A DNA stretch of 64,000 nucleotides from Raillietiella orientalis. Lineage: Eukaryota. Numbering within the stretch: the first letter of the stretch is position 1; every line of letters starts with the position of its first letter. Position numbers and translations under genes: made by a program. The notes under the pieces were generated by a model. That model did no database searches and was not told where the DNA came from. It saw nothing but the letters and a program-made list of their open reading frames with translations. The stretch spans positions 4,154,001 to 4,218,000 of the forward strand of contig JAYWIR010000014.1 in NCBI GenBank assembly GCA_036172245.1, in the 5' to 3' direction. Shown one piece after another: positions 36,501 through 48,699 of this stretch.

Positions 36501-39500
36501 GAGAGAGTTTTAGAATCGCGAACGAGCGCTGACATTTTTTCCATGTGTGTGTTTCAATCACATTAAGAATGCACGACTACAACATGGATGTACTGCTAAC
36601 GATTTGCACTCGTTTTATCAGATCTCTAACCGATCTTTAACCGATTTGCATCTCGGAGCTGAGTTTTGGAATGAATTCCAACATGGATTAAGTTTTTGTC
36701 TTCTGCCTATTTTAACCTTCAGATCATACACCCCTCCCCTCTCCCCCCCTGAAAATCCAAGCGCGCCCACGGACAAAGGCACAGTCTGCCTACGGATGTT
36801 CACTGCTATCGAGGCTTAACACCTGACTTAGGTAAAGGCAGACTGAAACACACGAGGGATCCCACAAACCCTCGTGAACGACGCCACACTTGCAGCCACA
36901 GCAACGGCGTTTATTTATCTCAATCCAACGAAGATGTGGCAAAGTCGGTTGTTCTCTTTGGTTTCAAGCATTCGCTAAAAGTTGCAGTGGCAGTTGTTCT
37001 ACCTATGAGGACTGCTTGTCTATTCTGCTTGGAAACTTTCGATTTTCGGTTTGTATTCGCAACCGAATATTTCCTTCTAGGTGAACACTTCGAGTCAAAT
37101 TTGCAGGGGAAGACGTGCAATTGGAGAATGCATACGTATGAGGGTTTGCTTCTTCTGACTGTATCCTCTATGTATACTTTCGCTCATATCAAGGTCGTGC
37201 CAAGGAAGATCAGATGGCTTGCATCTGATCATTCTTATCAGTCAGCCTAGTCATTTGCGTTTCCCTTAAAGGGGCCATGGCACCATTCAAATGATGCACT
37301 GAGGACGCATGCTGAACATGTCCCCCGTGTACTGATACTACTGATAAGAACTGACGCAGTAGAGAATCAGAACGAAACGGTTGGCTTGCTTTCTGCAAAC
37401 TCACTTTTTTCAAAGCCGGATTTTTCCATTCCTCAAGCAGAGAGACGTCACTGATATATTGAAGTTTCTCAAGAGCACTATTTTTTCAGAATGTGTCATT
37501 AAATGGCATCCGCGACAACTCCGTACGTCTGAGGTGGCAATCAACCTTCCAGGTTTCACATCACTTCAGCTTGAAACCTGCAGTGTGTTTTTCTTCAGCT
37601 TTGAGAAGGCCTTGGAGATTTTTTCGGGCACATCGATCGCGGGCTCCCAAAAAACCTGTGGCTTGACTGCCTCTATGTGGTAAGCAGTAGATGACGGGAA
37701 TCGTGATTTATCTAAGGAAATTCCTCAACTGAATCTACCCTGGACTTCATTGAAGCTCCGCATATTCGGAAGAACCGACTTCTTATGATGTTGCCAATAG
37801 ATCAAGAGTCGTGGACATGGGTCATCTTATCCATAGTTCTTAAGCTGCCTATCTCTGATCACTTTGTGAACGGATAAAATGGCCAGCTTGTGCTCCTAAC
37901 GATGAGAGAGCTATCTTGGAAGCGTGTAAGAATGGGAGAAATAGGAAGTATTTCTGAGATGATCTTTGTTTCTTCTCCGCATTTCGATGAAAATTTAAAA
38001 TTTCCACGGTATCCAACAGCATGTTTCTTCTTCCATCCTCAAATTTATCAAAATGAGATCATGGAGAACCCTCCATGATCTCATTTTGATAAATTTTTCT
38101 TTTTTTCTTTTCTTTTTTTTTCCAGAAAAGGTATCTCATGTTTTGCAATTTTGGAAAACGTGTGTTTTCATCCAATGACTTGACTTTGTTTAAGATTCTT
38201 TGACATTCGGAAGTCGATTCCGACGAAATCGTATCAAATTTCCTGATTTGGCAGCTGCGGTGTGAGTTATTGGAAACGACCGATCTGCCTTTACTTTTCC
38301 ATCCTTAAATTAGAAACAGGAATTTGCTATCGTAACTTCTTCAAGAACTTTGTAATATTTCTGGGTTCCTAGAAGCCATCGGCAGTTTTTCAGTAGGCTC
38401 GAAAGCAAGGAAGTCACCGATGATGCACATCCTTCCTGCGGCTGACAAATGTGCTTCCGAGAACATTCGATACGTGTGCAGCTCTTTTGACGTTATTCTC
38501 GTACAGTACAATCTCGCTAAACCGAGTATGGATACTGAAATTCACGAATGGTGCAGCTACACATTCCGATGCCAGTGTAAACATGACGAAGAATTCATGA
38601 CGAAACTCTTCAGTTTAATTCGTTCTTAATCTACAATAAGCCACGATGCGTAACACATTCGGAAAATAATCCAAAGCAGCTGTTTGGTCCAAGAATTGCC
38701 CGAGCTTCTGCTCTCATCTTTCGTCTCTCCCAAATGCAGCTTCCAGTTACAATTTTGTTTTCAGCTTCAGAACCTCACTCGACTATTCTTGAAACAACCA
38801 GAAGGATTCGAGTTTTCAGAAAACTTCCAGAACTTCATTTGGAGAAGGCCGAACAATCTCAGTTGTTCAGTCTTGTTCGAACAGCTGCTCCACAAAGATC
38901 CAAAGTGACCACAAATTTGATTAGGCTCCTTTCGGTAGCGAATCAACTCAGATTTCTCATCCTGCTTCTTTCATACGCTGTTCACGAGTGATTCTTTCAC
39001 GGCTGGTGACTCTGATGGCATATGTGAATCCCTTTCCATATATTCATCGATGAAGATTTGCGTAACCATGTATTCTATGTATCCATCGACGTGGTATTCT
39101 ACAACTGGGGAGCAGCAGCAGGAGCTATGCAAATGACGGCATTTTTCAGCGCAAAAGCGCTGAAGACTTCATTGGTAGAATGGATCTTGCTGGTAACTCG
39201 AAGAATGACTGAAGCAGAAAAAGTTATCTTCTAATTTTTTTTGCCGCCACGTGGTCGCAGTTACAAATTTCCGCTAGCAACGGAAATTTGGGGCACCATA
39301 TCATGCCTTCAAGTTTTGAAGATATGAAACATTATGATAATGATTTCCTTAGGAGTTGGAATGGGGCATCCAAAAAAAAACTCTACCCATGATTAATAGA
39401 AACTGCATAGTTTAATCTGAAACAGAACAGTTTTTTTTCACTCCAGAGATCCTGATGAAGGACGTTCATGGACGATAAGCAAATCCTGGAAGCAATAATT

Positions 39501-39810
39501 CCACATTGGAAAATAAATTTCACGACAGAGTTCAAGTTGTTCAGATTGCAGTTTCCACGTGCGGCATGCCCATTTCCACTGTTTGTTTACAAGCAGGGAG
39601 TATTTTTTTTAAAGCATCCCCTAGTCCTAACTTCATTTGTTAATGACTTCACTTTCTCCTGTTGGGGCACATTCGATGCAGTTGTCATGATGATCTCCTT
39701 TTGCATTATCGTCATTGCAGGAATAAGTTCCGTATTTTCGCTGATGATTGCCTGCAATGTTTGTTGGCTTGCTGAAGCTGCATGATCTTCAGTTGATTAG
39801 CCCTGAGCTA
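33600..39810 (-). pseudogene. Apaf-1/Dark-like (CARD, NB-ARC, WD40) pseudogene
   Basis: Colinear remnants: CARD-like QEKVKSLTNEVRTRG (~39618-39661); P-loop-like LEGMIWCPKFPLLA (~39272-39313, cf. LHGMAGCGKSVLA); Walker-B-like VILRV..EVFSAF (~39150-39210); SSS..ISVSIL (~38520-38600); TAYHIEA (~37665-37690); WD40-like VVSVHGGHVQHAS (~37305-37345), NCHCNF..FATSSLD (~36920-36995), RGH*SS (~34435-34455). Stops and frameshifts throughout. Confidence 0.55.
38041..38096. repeat. Perfect inverted repeat: 26-bp arms, 4-nt loop
   Basis: aaatttatcaaaatgagatcatggag-aacc-ctccatgatctcattttgataaattt. Confidence 0.97.
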
Positions 39811-40269
39811 TAAAGGATAGTTTTGGAAATTTTCCAGTCATTTGAAACGACCTTAGAGGGAGTTCTTAATTCATTCCTGGAAAGAAACTTTCATTTTTCA
39901 CTCCACACGAGGCAAAACTTATCCACTCCGTACATGCTTGATGCAATGAGCCAAATGATTTGGTGAGATGAGTGGAACATCCGTTGCCTTGCCAGATTTC
40001 TCAGGGAATTTGAGCACTAAGATTGGCATCGATGCCTTCCTCATGAAAGGATTGCAGCCGCAGGGGACACCAGTTGAAACTGGATCAGACAGGATGCATG
40101 CTTTCTCGCTTTCTTATTCTAGCTCCTGCTTTTCACCCATGGCACTTCGCGATAGGCAAGGAAACGGAAGAAGCCGCACACTACATCCTCGTGTTATTTA
40201 GAATCGACTTTCAAAGGATGCTGTTCAGATCAAGCACTGCTGCCTGCTCATGAGTTGTTTCTTTCCTGA

Positions 40270-41330
40270 TTGATAAGCATGAGGATAATGCAAGGAACTT
40301 ATTTGAATGTAAATAAAATAGTGCTCAGAACTGTTCTGAACCAACCTTTTCTCCTGAAGGAATTCGAAATAGTCATCGCTGTTGCATGTCATTTGCTCAT
40401 CTCACTTCCTCTTCTTCACTAAGGCAATCCTCAAAGCCTTCATAAGGAGATGCGAGTTCATTTTCTTTCTTAAGCGGAGAGACAGAATAAAAGGAAGGAA
40501 AGCAGCTGCGGTATGATGCCTACTGGACATACTTTCGATTTCATCATCACTTGCCAGATATGCAAATCTGATACTTTGTGAGTAAAGAGGAATTTTGTTT
40601 GAATGTCCATTGTCCCAGAATCTCGGAATCACCTAATTTTAGGGGGTTGTTTTTTGGGGGGGGATTTTCATGTAAGGACGGCAGAATGAGGAACTGCAAA
40701 CAAATATCGACAACAGCTGATTATGTTCACCTGTGATTTCAGCAAGCTTTGAACCGAACACAGTCAACCTTTGATGATGAGATTCCATCGACCATCTAGC
40801 ATTCCAATGTAAGCTGCATCCAAATGGCGTGCTTGGATCTTAGCCAGATGTGAAAGGGAATTCGTAGTCTCAGGGAAAAGTAGCGTGTATGTTTCCGCAT
40901 CAAAGGCATGCAACAAGAGGATTACACACACTTCCAGTCGCCTACCAGATGTTCTGACACGTGTTCCATCCTCATGTTCAGAGAAACGGTCAAAGCAACG
41001 GTTCACCACGTTGCTAAGATTTGTGGTTTAACATACTACATGGATTTGCGACCAAAGAGGAGTCCTGAACCTGCCGAAATCTTCTGAAAGCTGTCATAGA
41101 TGACAATGACTCTGCTGTATCTTAATGATGTCTTGATAATGTAGGAGAAATCGGACTTGAAACTCCCAACAAAAATGTGTCGGAAAGGTTGAGATCCACC
41201 GAAAAGTCATTCTCATATGAAATCCAGAGATGCTTGGCATTAGTGAGCCCATCCTCGACTTGAGTCTGGTTTGCATTCTCTTTCTCCTGAGACGCATGGT
41301 ACCGAATGGACTGCTGTTGCTCAAGTTCGA
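40270..41330 (+). pseudogene. CRAL-TRIO/Sec14 (alpha-tocopherol transfer protein/clavesin-like) pseudogene
   Basis: In order: AILKAFIRRCEF (LLxFLRxCKF), DAYWTYFRF..P, NGVLGS*PDVKG, ICGLTYYMDL (GxxxxxDL), LHSLSPETHGTEW (LHxxxxPExLPxEYGG). Confidence 0.5.
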
Positions 41331-43399
41331 CTCGGGCTTACAAGAGCCACCACTAGGCCAATGCCCTCCACAAAGATTAAAGTGCTTTTGTGTAAACCTA
41401 CCTCGGATATGCATATTTCTGTGAAAAAAGCAGATGGGAGATTTAAGCATCTTTCTCTAAGGAGACTTTCAAAGCATCAAGCCTTTATCGCTTCGAGTCC
41501 TATTTTGACTCCTTCTATGCCGGTTCAAACACTTTAGTTGTTTTCTTGTTTGCTTGATGCAACCATTCGCTCTAATAACTGGAAAGTACTGATGTAGTAC
41601 AGGCATTGAAACACATGTTCGTTTTTTTTTTTTTTTTTTTGGCAGTAATAGCAAGCAATCATTTTTTAGTAAGATAATTAGTCCAATAAATAACTGATGA
41701 AGGTAATTCACTCCTGTTTCCTCTTGTTCATAAATTCATGCCTGATGCTCAAGGACTATGCAATGAGGATCGAGTGCTTTACTTCATGTTGTTCAGCACT
41801 CATCTATTTTTAGATGCATATTGTGCTTAGAATGAATTCTAATACATCTCGATAGCAAGTCGATTGCATCTCGCTCACGGAGCCTGCAAGCAGTTCTGAA
41901 CCTAGAGTAGCCGTCCGAAGCCGCAGAAATTCCACATTACAGTGAACTTCCGACAGAAACTCGAATCCCTCCTTCGAGTCTTTGCTCCAGAGAATTCATC
42001 TTCGTTTTGGCATTTTGTGAATTTCGTGTCCCCGAGCACCTCGCTCACCTGGTCACTTCCGCTGTGGAAGCACAGAACCCCCCTGGGTATTGAGTGTTGT
42101 GCGCATCCATTCACTCTGTGATTCTGCAGTTCGTTACGCCACAGCCGGTAATCATCCGGTACATCCATTTGTATTTGTCAATAAGAAACACTCTAGTTTA
42201 ACATTTCCCTTTTCATTTTCCTCCTCGGTGGCACGGGCTTATATACTTTTATGATTCGGCTTTCTCTCCTGTGTATTTGTCCTCTCGATGACAAACTCTA
42301 CTTCCTTGAAGCCGGAAGAAGATTATTGATTTCAAAACATTTCAATAAGTAGAAAGAGCGAAGTGAAAGAGATGCCGAGGGTAGAGCTTCTCCTTTGCTT
42401 CCCATGTCAAATTCGAACATCGGTTAGAATGATTCAGCAAACGAAAATCGTAACGGGAAAAATCATTTTTTTGTGTGAAATGCCATCAGTCCCATGAGGA
42501 GATGAAACGCTCCCCGAGACGATGATCAGGACGAAACCTACTCCAATTATCTGTTGGTTTTATCAGTGATGATGAAAAAAAAAATCCATGATCAACGCAC
42601 AGAGAGGAGGTGCAACATTACTTGGAAACTGTTCCAGAAGACGCACTTGGCCGATTTCTCCATGATGATGATACTCAGGAAGTGCAGGAACAAAGGAACA
42701 AATAAAAGTTATCCAAGCCTCTACAGGAATCCACTGAACAGGACTCAGAGTGAATTTTGGCTTCTGTGAGCTGAGGATGTATGACAGCTTATTGTTCTGG
42801 CAACTGATGATTTAATGGCTACTTCATACCTTCATGCATCTCTCCCTTGAATGTCTGGAGATCATTTTGTTGACTAGTGAACTCGAAATAACCAACCAAG
42901 AAATGGGAGACGAGAACTAAAATAAAACTAAATAGTAAACCTGGAATCAATTCGTCTAAATTCGGTGATTTGTCTGTCAGGAATTCTCGGAAAACCTCCC
43001 TTCGATCCTTGCGGAGGTGGCACATTCGCTCAGCTGCCTTTGAACGACGAAGACGAGTGAACGAATTTCTAAGGATTCCTCGTAACCAGGGTGTCCTCTG
43101 TAGCCCTGCATCAAATAGTGCACTCTGTGAAACGGGAAATCCTGCGGCAAGTTGCAAGTTCCATTAATTCTTCATAGCAACTCTCTTGGCGGTTTTCTGT
43201 TTAAGGAAGAGCACATTATCTCTTGCAATCATCAATCATTCTTTTCTTTTTTTTCTTGGACAATAGAAACAGTGCTGATTCCTGCAACTGGTGCATCTGA
43301 AAATCGTTGCCATGGCTGACAGGAACAAATCGGAGCAGTTCTTTCGAAGACGATGCTACCTTTTCCAGAATTTCCTGTTTTCAGACAGTGGTTTCGAAA

Positions 43400-44455
43400 C
43401 AGGAAGGAGCGCACGTTGCCTCCTCCTAGACCTTAGGACCCCTTGCGCTCGAACCCTTCTCGGGCTGTGAGCCCTGAACTGTCCCATCAGATAAGAACGG
43501 ACACGCCTGCGTCAGCACTGCAAAGGAGATGGAGTGAAATGAGCGGTGAAGGAGACAGTGCTGCTGAATCTGGCGTCCCTTGGACCGCTCTGGCCAAAAC
43601 ATGGGATGTTCCGAGAACAAAGCAACCAGTCGAAAGAAGCAGCACGTGAGCTCTTTCATAAGAATACGGAGGTTTGTGGCTCGCCTCTACGTGTTTGCTT
43701 AGCGTCTTCACTCCTTCAGGAATCCAATGATTGAAAGGATGGTGAAGTGAGGAAGATCCACAGACAATGCACTCAGATGTCTCTTTGAGTCTTGTTTCTC
43801 ATTTGTTCCGATGTCTGTGAAAGTCCAGGCAACCGTTGCAAGAAAAACGTCATGCAATGAATAGCATCCAATTAAGGATACATCTGATCCGAAGATTGCG
43901 ACAGAGCACTCCCAGAGCTAGATTCTGGGTGACCGGTTTCCAGCTAGCTGGGTGTGCTTTCAGTTATTCTCCATAAATCGCGTTGGCATGCTACGACCGT
44001 GGCTGAACAAATTGAGTGGTTCCATAGGAAGGAAATCTGAGCGCAGGAGTGGGCGTTTTCCAGAGATCCTTCTGCCGATGCAGAACGGAAGAAGCGAGCG
44101 GCGTCGCGGAGCCACTTGGATGCCGAAAGCTTCTGGAGGAAGGCTGTTCGGTGAGCGGAGGACCGATCTCCTGCGACGTCAGCTGGCTTGCCGAGGAACG
44201 AGAGGAATGAGCGGGAAGGTGGTTGCAGGTGAGCAGAGAGAGGGCAGCTCCCCCGAACCGGGAGCGACATACTCCAGTCATCCCTCTGGCCACAGTCTCC
44301 CATTTTCCAGACCTGCTGTGAAAATATCCGTACATTCCGGAACCAAAGACCCTTCCAGTCCTGCCGTCAGTTACCCTTTCTTGCGTTTCCCGATGGTATT
44401 CTCCCTCTACCAAAAGCAAGGCTTCTATGAGAATACAAGCATAAATAAATAAAGA
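43400..44455 (+). mobile_element. I/Nimb-type LINE 3' end (RNase H remnant and C-terminus)
   Basis: MSGEGDSAAE (GNExADxxAK-like), NRVG..LNKL..IG, ending in ataaataaataaa (44441-44453). Confidence 0.4.
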
Positions 44456-45329
44456 GAAAGAATCAGGTTCTTCAGGAATCTGTGAGTCGATTTTTGTAAC
44501 GTCTGTAGAGAAAAGTGCTCAAAACATGCTCTCGTGGAACTCTCATTCTCTTTTCTTCTCTATGTTCCGTGCGTTGCAACCGAGATTTCTCCATCACAGC
44601 TGCTTTCGGTAAATCAGACTTGTAATTCATCCCGAGGAGGATTCCTCCAGCAGCAGCTCATCTCTTTTTTAGTGAATGGCGACGAGTGGCAATAGGTATC
44701 ATGCACTTGGAAGACTTCCCTCGTCTGCTCTTACAGTGGTTCTTCACGCCGCAGGTGTTCTCTCGACCTCCGGACCTCTGCCGATCCTCTACTGCATCCG
44801 AGCAGAAGTCGCGCGATAACACCGAAGGACGGTCATTCTCTTTGTCTTATCCACGATGAGAAGGGTAGCAAAGTGATCTCACCACTGCTCCGAAATCATG
44901 AAAGACACCGTCCGAATTGCGGGAAGACTATAAGGAAGACGCGGGACAGAAATCCGGTGCCCTTCCCCCCTTTCCCTTCGCATCCTCATTACTCTTGTCA
45001 TGGATAAACGTTCGCTCCTTGTGTTTTCTCATATCGTGCCTCTAGGCCACGTTTCTGTATGCTTCCCTGATCGGAATGAACGTTTCGGGTTGGAAACCTT
45101 CAGTTTGGTTCCTTTGGAGAACTCACGGATGGCAGCGATGCGGACCACCTATAGTTGGCGAGGTCATCCCGAAAGCCAGAGTGAAGGGCCGAAGATAGAT
45201 TAGGAGCTCAATTTTTCCATCTGGTTTCTGATTCCTGATCCATCCTCTCTAGTTGCCTCTTGTAGTCATTCCTTCTAGTTACATTCTTTCCAGTCCTTCC
45301 TATTCATGGAAAAGGTTCCTGCTGCCTCC

Positions 45330-47960
45330 GTGGCTGACGTGACGCTCCTGGGTGGGAGCATGTTCCATCTCGGATACGGGAATACCAATTTCATCTGGAG
45401 GCTCTCAGGCGATGCGTCCAGTATACATCCCGACTGTAGCGGATATTCTCTGCATAGGTTAGAGAATGCATCCCTGAGGATGCATTATTACTTGGGTCTC
45501 ATGCACCGAGGAATCCTTCAACAAGAGCAGCTACTTTTACCTTTTATTCGCTCTGGCTGGCAATCTGAAGGAGTCCGCCTATTTTCTCTCTTCATAGCCA
45601 CGAGCAGCGCTGAACGCATCTTCTCCATTCTCAGATGGATAGCTGACATCCAGAATTAACATTCGATTGTTCCTTTGTAAGAGTAGATCCAGGAGCAACG
45701 GGGAACCGACATCAGAAACTCGTTGATTTGCCGACACCCTGATCTTAGTCGGATGGCCGAGAAGCTAGCCTCCTGCTAGTGCGTTGCATGCTTCTGAGAC
45801 GCTCTCTTCTCCTTCTATGCATCTCTGAATTGAAGGAGGGGCAGGTTTCGGAGGGACCGTTCCCGTGGCGACCGCTGCGGCAGAAAGAGGCACTTCCAGC
45901 TTCCCGGTTCCTAAGCGGGATCGTTTGCGGACACGAAAGAGAAGCACGTGAGAGGACGAATTCAGCATCAGGGTGAGACCACATGACTGAGCTCCGGTTT
46001 GTCTCCTCTAGGGGCGAGGGAATAATTTTCCGGGAGATGCGAGGATCTTTCCGATACAGAACTTTGAAAAAAAGTGCTGCGTTCCCCCTTGCATCCTCAA
46101 CTTTTGATCTTTCTCTTCTATCGAAAGGATCGTTGTCGAATGAATGCGACATCCTGCGCTCGATTGAGCATCCGAGATCGTGTTTTGCAGCAGCGGTGCC
46201 AATTGTTGCTAAGGAGATTCGCTCCCGATGGCACATTCATCCAAGAATCTTTGCAGTGTGCTCACTAGTGGAAGATCTGCTCTCAGGACACACTCCAGAC
46301 ATTTCCTTCCTGTTTCGGAGGAGGAAGGGGGAGGGTGCTTGAATTCTCGCTGGACGTGAGATGCAGTCTTGCGCCCCCTGCCGGTGAACGCATCCCGGAG
46401 GATAGTCCAGAACCATGCGGTCAGTGAGGTGAAACCAATGATCTTCTCAGATGCTAATGCCCTTTGGATCCACAGGCTCACGCAGAGAACCGAATTCCAT
46501 CCTTGACCACAGGATGCCCACGGAAAGAGTCGAGGTTGCCAGAGCTCACTGTAAACGAACAGGTCGAAAGCTTTTCCTCTGACGCACTGAGCGCGGTGAT
46601 GGGCGGTTTCTCCAGGCAACAGTTTACCCACAGGTAAGTTGACAGGCTTTGCCTGCTAGCGGTTCAAGATGCTTTCGCAGCTCTTGGACCCAACTTTTGC
46701 TTTTTTTCTCTAAGAAAGAATTTCAAATGCAAAGAAGCCTGATTTTCCGTCAGGACTGGCGCGTTTTTTTTTCTCGAGATCCAAGCAAAGCGGCAAGTCA
46801 TGGGCAAAGCGTCCACTGGAATTCGCAACGCGTCCCTTTCCTCGAGTGGATGTCGAACAATTCTAAGAGCACGAAAAGTCCCATCGGTCCCACGTGTCCT
46901 GCCCAACCAGGAGCGGTCTTGCCTTCGCGTCTTTCTTGATGCCCAAGCGGGTCGACCTCTGAGCCAAGTTCATCCGAATAATGTCTGACCTATCAGACTT
47001 GCGAAGACTTCAAATTCCGGTCTGCTCATGCCACTATCGGTGTTGGCGCTGCTCTGATACCACCATGCGGTGGATCTTAGCCGAACGGACTGCTGAACCA
47101 TACCAGTCGGTTGGAAAGGAGAGACGAGGAGAGGAAACACTAAAGAAACCACTGCTCTCGGAGGTTTCTGTCTACTCGGTTTCCGTCCACCAGGCGGTCG
47201 ATTCTTCTTCCTCGTGATTGCGATGTAGCCCGCATCAGATGTACATCTCTCGTTTCCTTGTCTATTTGGAGGTGGCAGTCTGACCTGTTCCTTCTTCCCG
47301 GAAGAGGTTTCAGTGTCTTTTCTTTGCTTGAACACTTTTATCTCTTCGTTGTTGTTGAAGCAACTGCTGTGATTTTCTTGTCCGCTCGTCATCTTCAGAA
47401 CTATCAGCTTTTAGCAGCTTTCCATTGTTTTGTCCGCCAACGTTTTCGAAATCCGCTGAAGGTCGTATGCCAATGATATACACTTTGATCTTAGCCAAAA
47501 GGCCGAGAAGCCAATGATTCGTCATCCAGATTGCTCCTTCCTTTTTTTTTTTTTTTTTTTTTCAGTCTGAAGTGCTCTGCATCTCGAATATTTGGAAGCG
47601 TTTCTGAAACACGACTGGATACTGGATGCTGAAAACTGCTTGAGGTTATGTCTGGTAATGCCAGCAGCCCCTGCCACTTCGATGTACCTTGGAATACTCC
47701 GAGACCACCACTTGGAAAACAGCGCCGACCTGCAACGGCTACTTGACCACCATAGTTTTCTGGCTGGTTCCCGGATTCGCACTTTCATTTTTAGACTTTG
47801 CTCCAAGCTTTTCCAGAAACCGAGTTCCAGGCCACGAGCATTGATCCCCGAGCATCGTTGAAAAGGAAGCAACTTGTATGACCTGGAATTCGGTATGCTG
47901 TTGCGTACGCGTCCATATGACCACAAGTGCGATCTTCCGGGGCTCGCCAAAAGCATCAAT
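45330..47960 (-). mobile_element. RLE-type non-LTR retrotransposon (NeSL/Utopia-like), RT to endonuclease remnant
   Basis: ASPGRS (APGxD-like), AEFVLSRASL, FCRS..SETCP, VSANQRVSDVGSPLLLDL..LILDVSYPSENGEDAFSAARG, NIRYSRDVYWTH; parallels the 2.3-4.3 kb copy. Confidence 0.75.
47479..47511 (-). pseudogene. U2: U2 snRNA 5' fragment (approx. nt 4-36)
   Basis: Minus strand GCTTCTCGGCCTTTTGGCTAAGATCAAAGTGTA is U2 stem I plus the start of the branch-point recognition region. Flanked by direct repeat gccaatgat (47469-47477, 47510-47518). Confidence 0.93.
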
Positions 47961-48699
47961 CCGTCTTTCGATGTGGCAGGCAGGTTCTTCTCACAGCATG
48001 GTGTGCTCTGCTTTCTGAGAAGAGTACGTCTCAGGATTCGGGAACAGGCACCAGGACGAACACTGCTTTGCTAGAGGGATGAGAATTTCCATCTTTACCA
48101 AGCTGAGAGAATTAAGAAGGGATATGCGAAAGAATGCGAGGCAAGAAGTAAGGAAAACTGCACGGAAGATATAACGATTTCTACACAACGGCACAGGAGG
48201 AAGATGCTATATACCACATTCCTAAGACTAGACGAATGAGCACGTACAAAAAACAAAAAAAACATAGGTGGTCAGCTGACTTCCCCAAAAAGAGAAAAAT
48301 GGTGCCAAAGTGTACAGAACCCGCTCCCCCTGAAAACGTAGTAAACAGTCCAAAACGATATTTTAGATCAAAAGGCCGTTTTACGTGGGATGGTTTTATC
48401 TGGAAACAGTGCCACAGGGGAGATCATCGACCCACTAAAGGTCATCCTTTTCAATGTAGGCAAAAGGAAAGAGAGACGCTGCTATAAGCACACTCAATAG
48501 TTGTTTCATCAAAGTTTGAACAAACGTCAAGTGGCGCACGACGAACGCTAATGAGCCTTTTCGGGATGCAGGGATTGCGGAGCGGCGTTCTAGTTGGAAA
48601 AATAAAGTTCAGCCGTTTGCATTATTACATGAAATGAAAAGATCATTGCATCGTATCTCATGCCTGATTCCTGGAGAATCGTGCCGAGTGTCTGGGGAC

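Noticed and set aside
37340..37351. GTTCTTATCAGT on minus, resembling the U2 continuation
   Set aside because: A 12-nt match with non-U2 flanks, inside a WD40-like remnant; likely chance.
41902..42168. TRAF/MATH-like C-terminus
   Set aside because: Resemblance is vague and the WPF core is missing.
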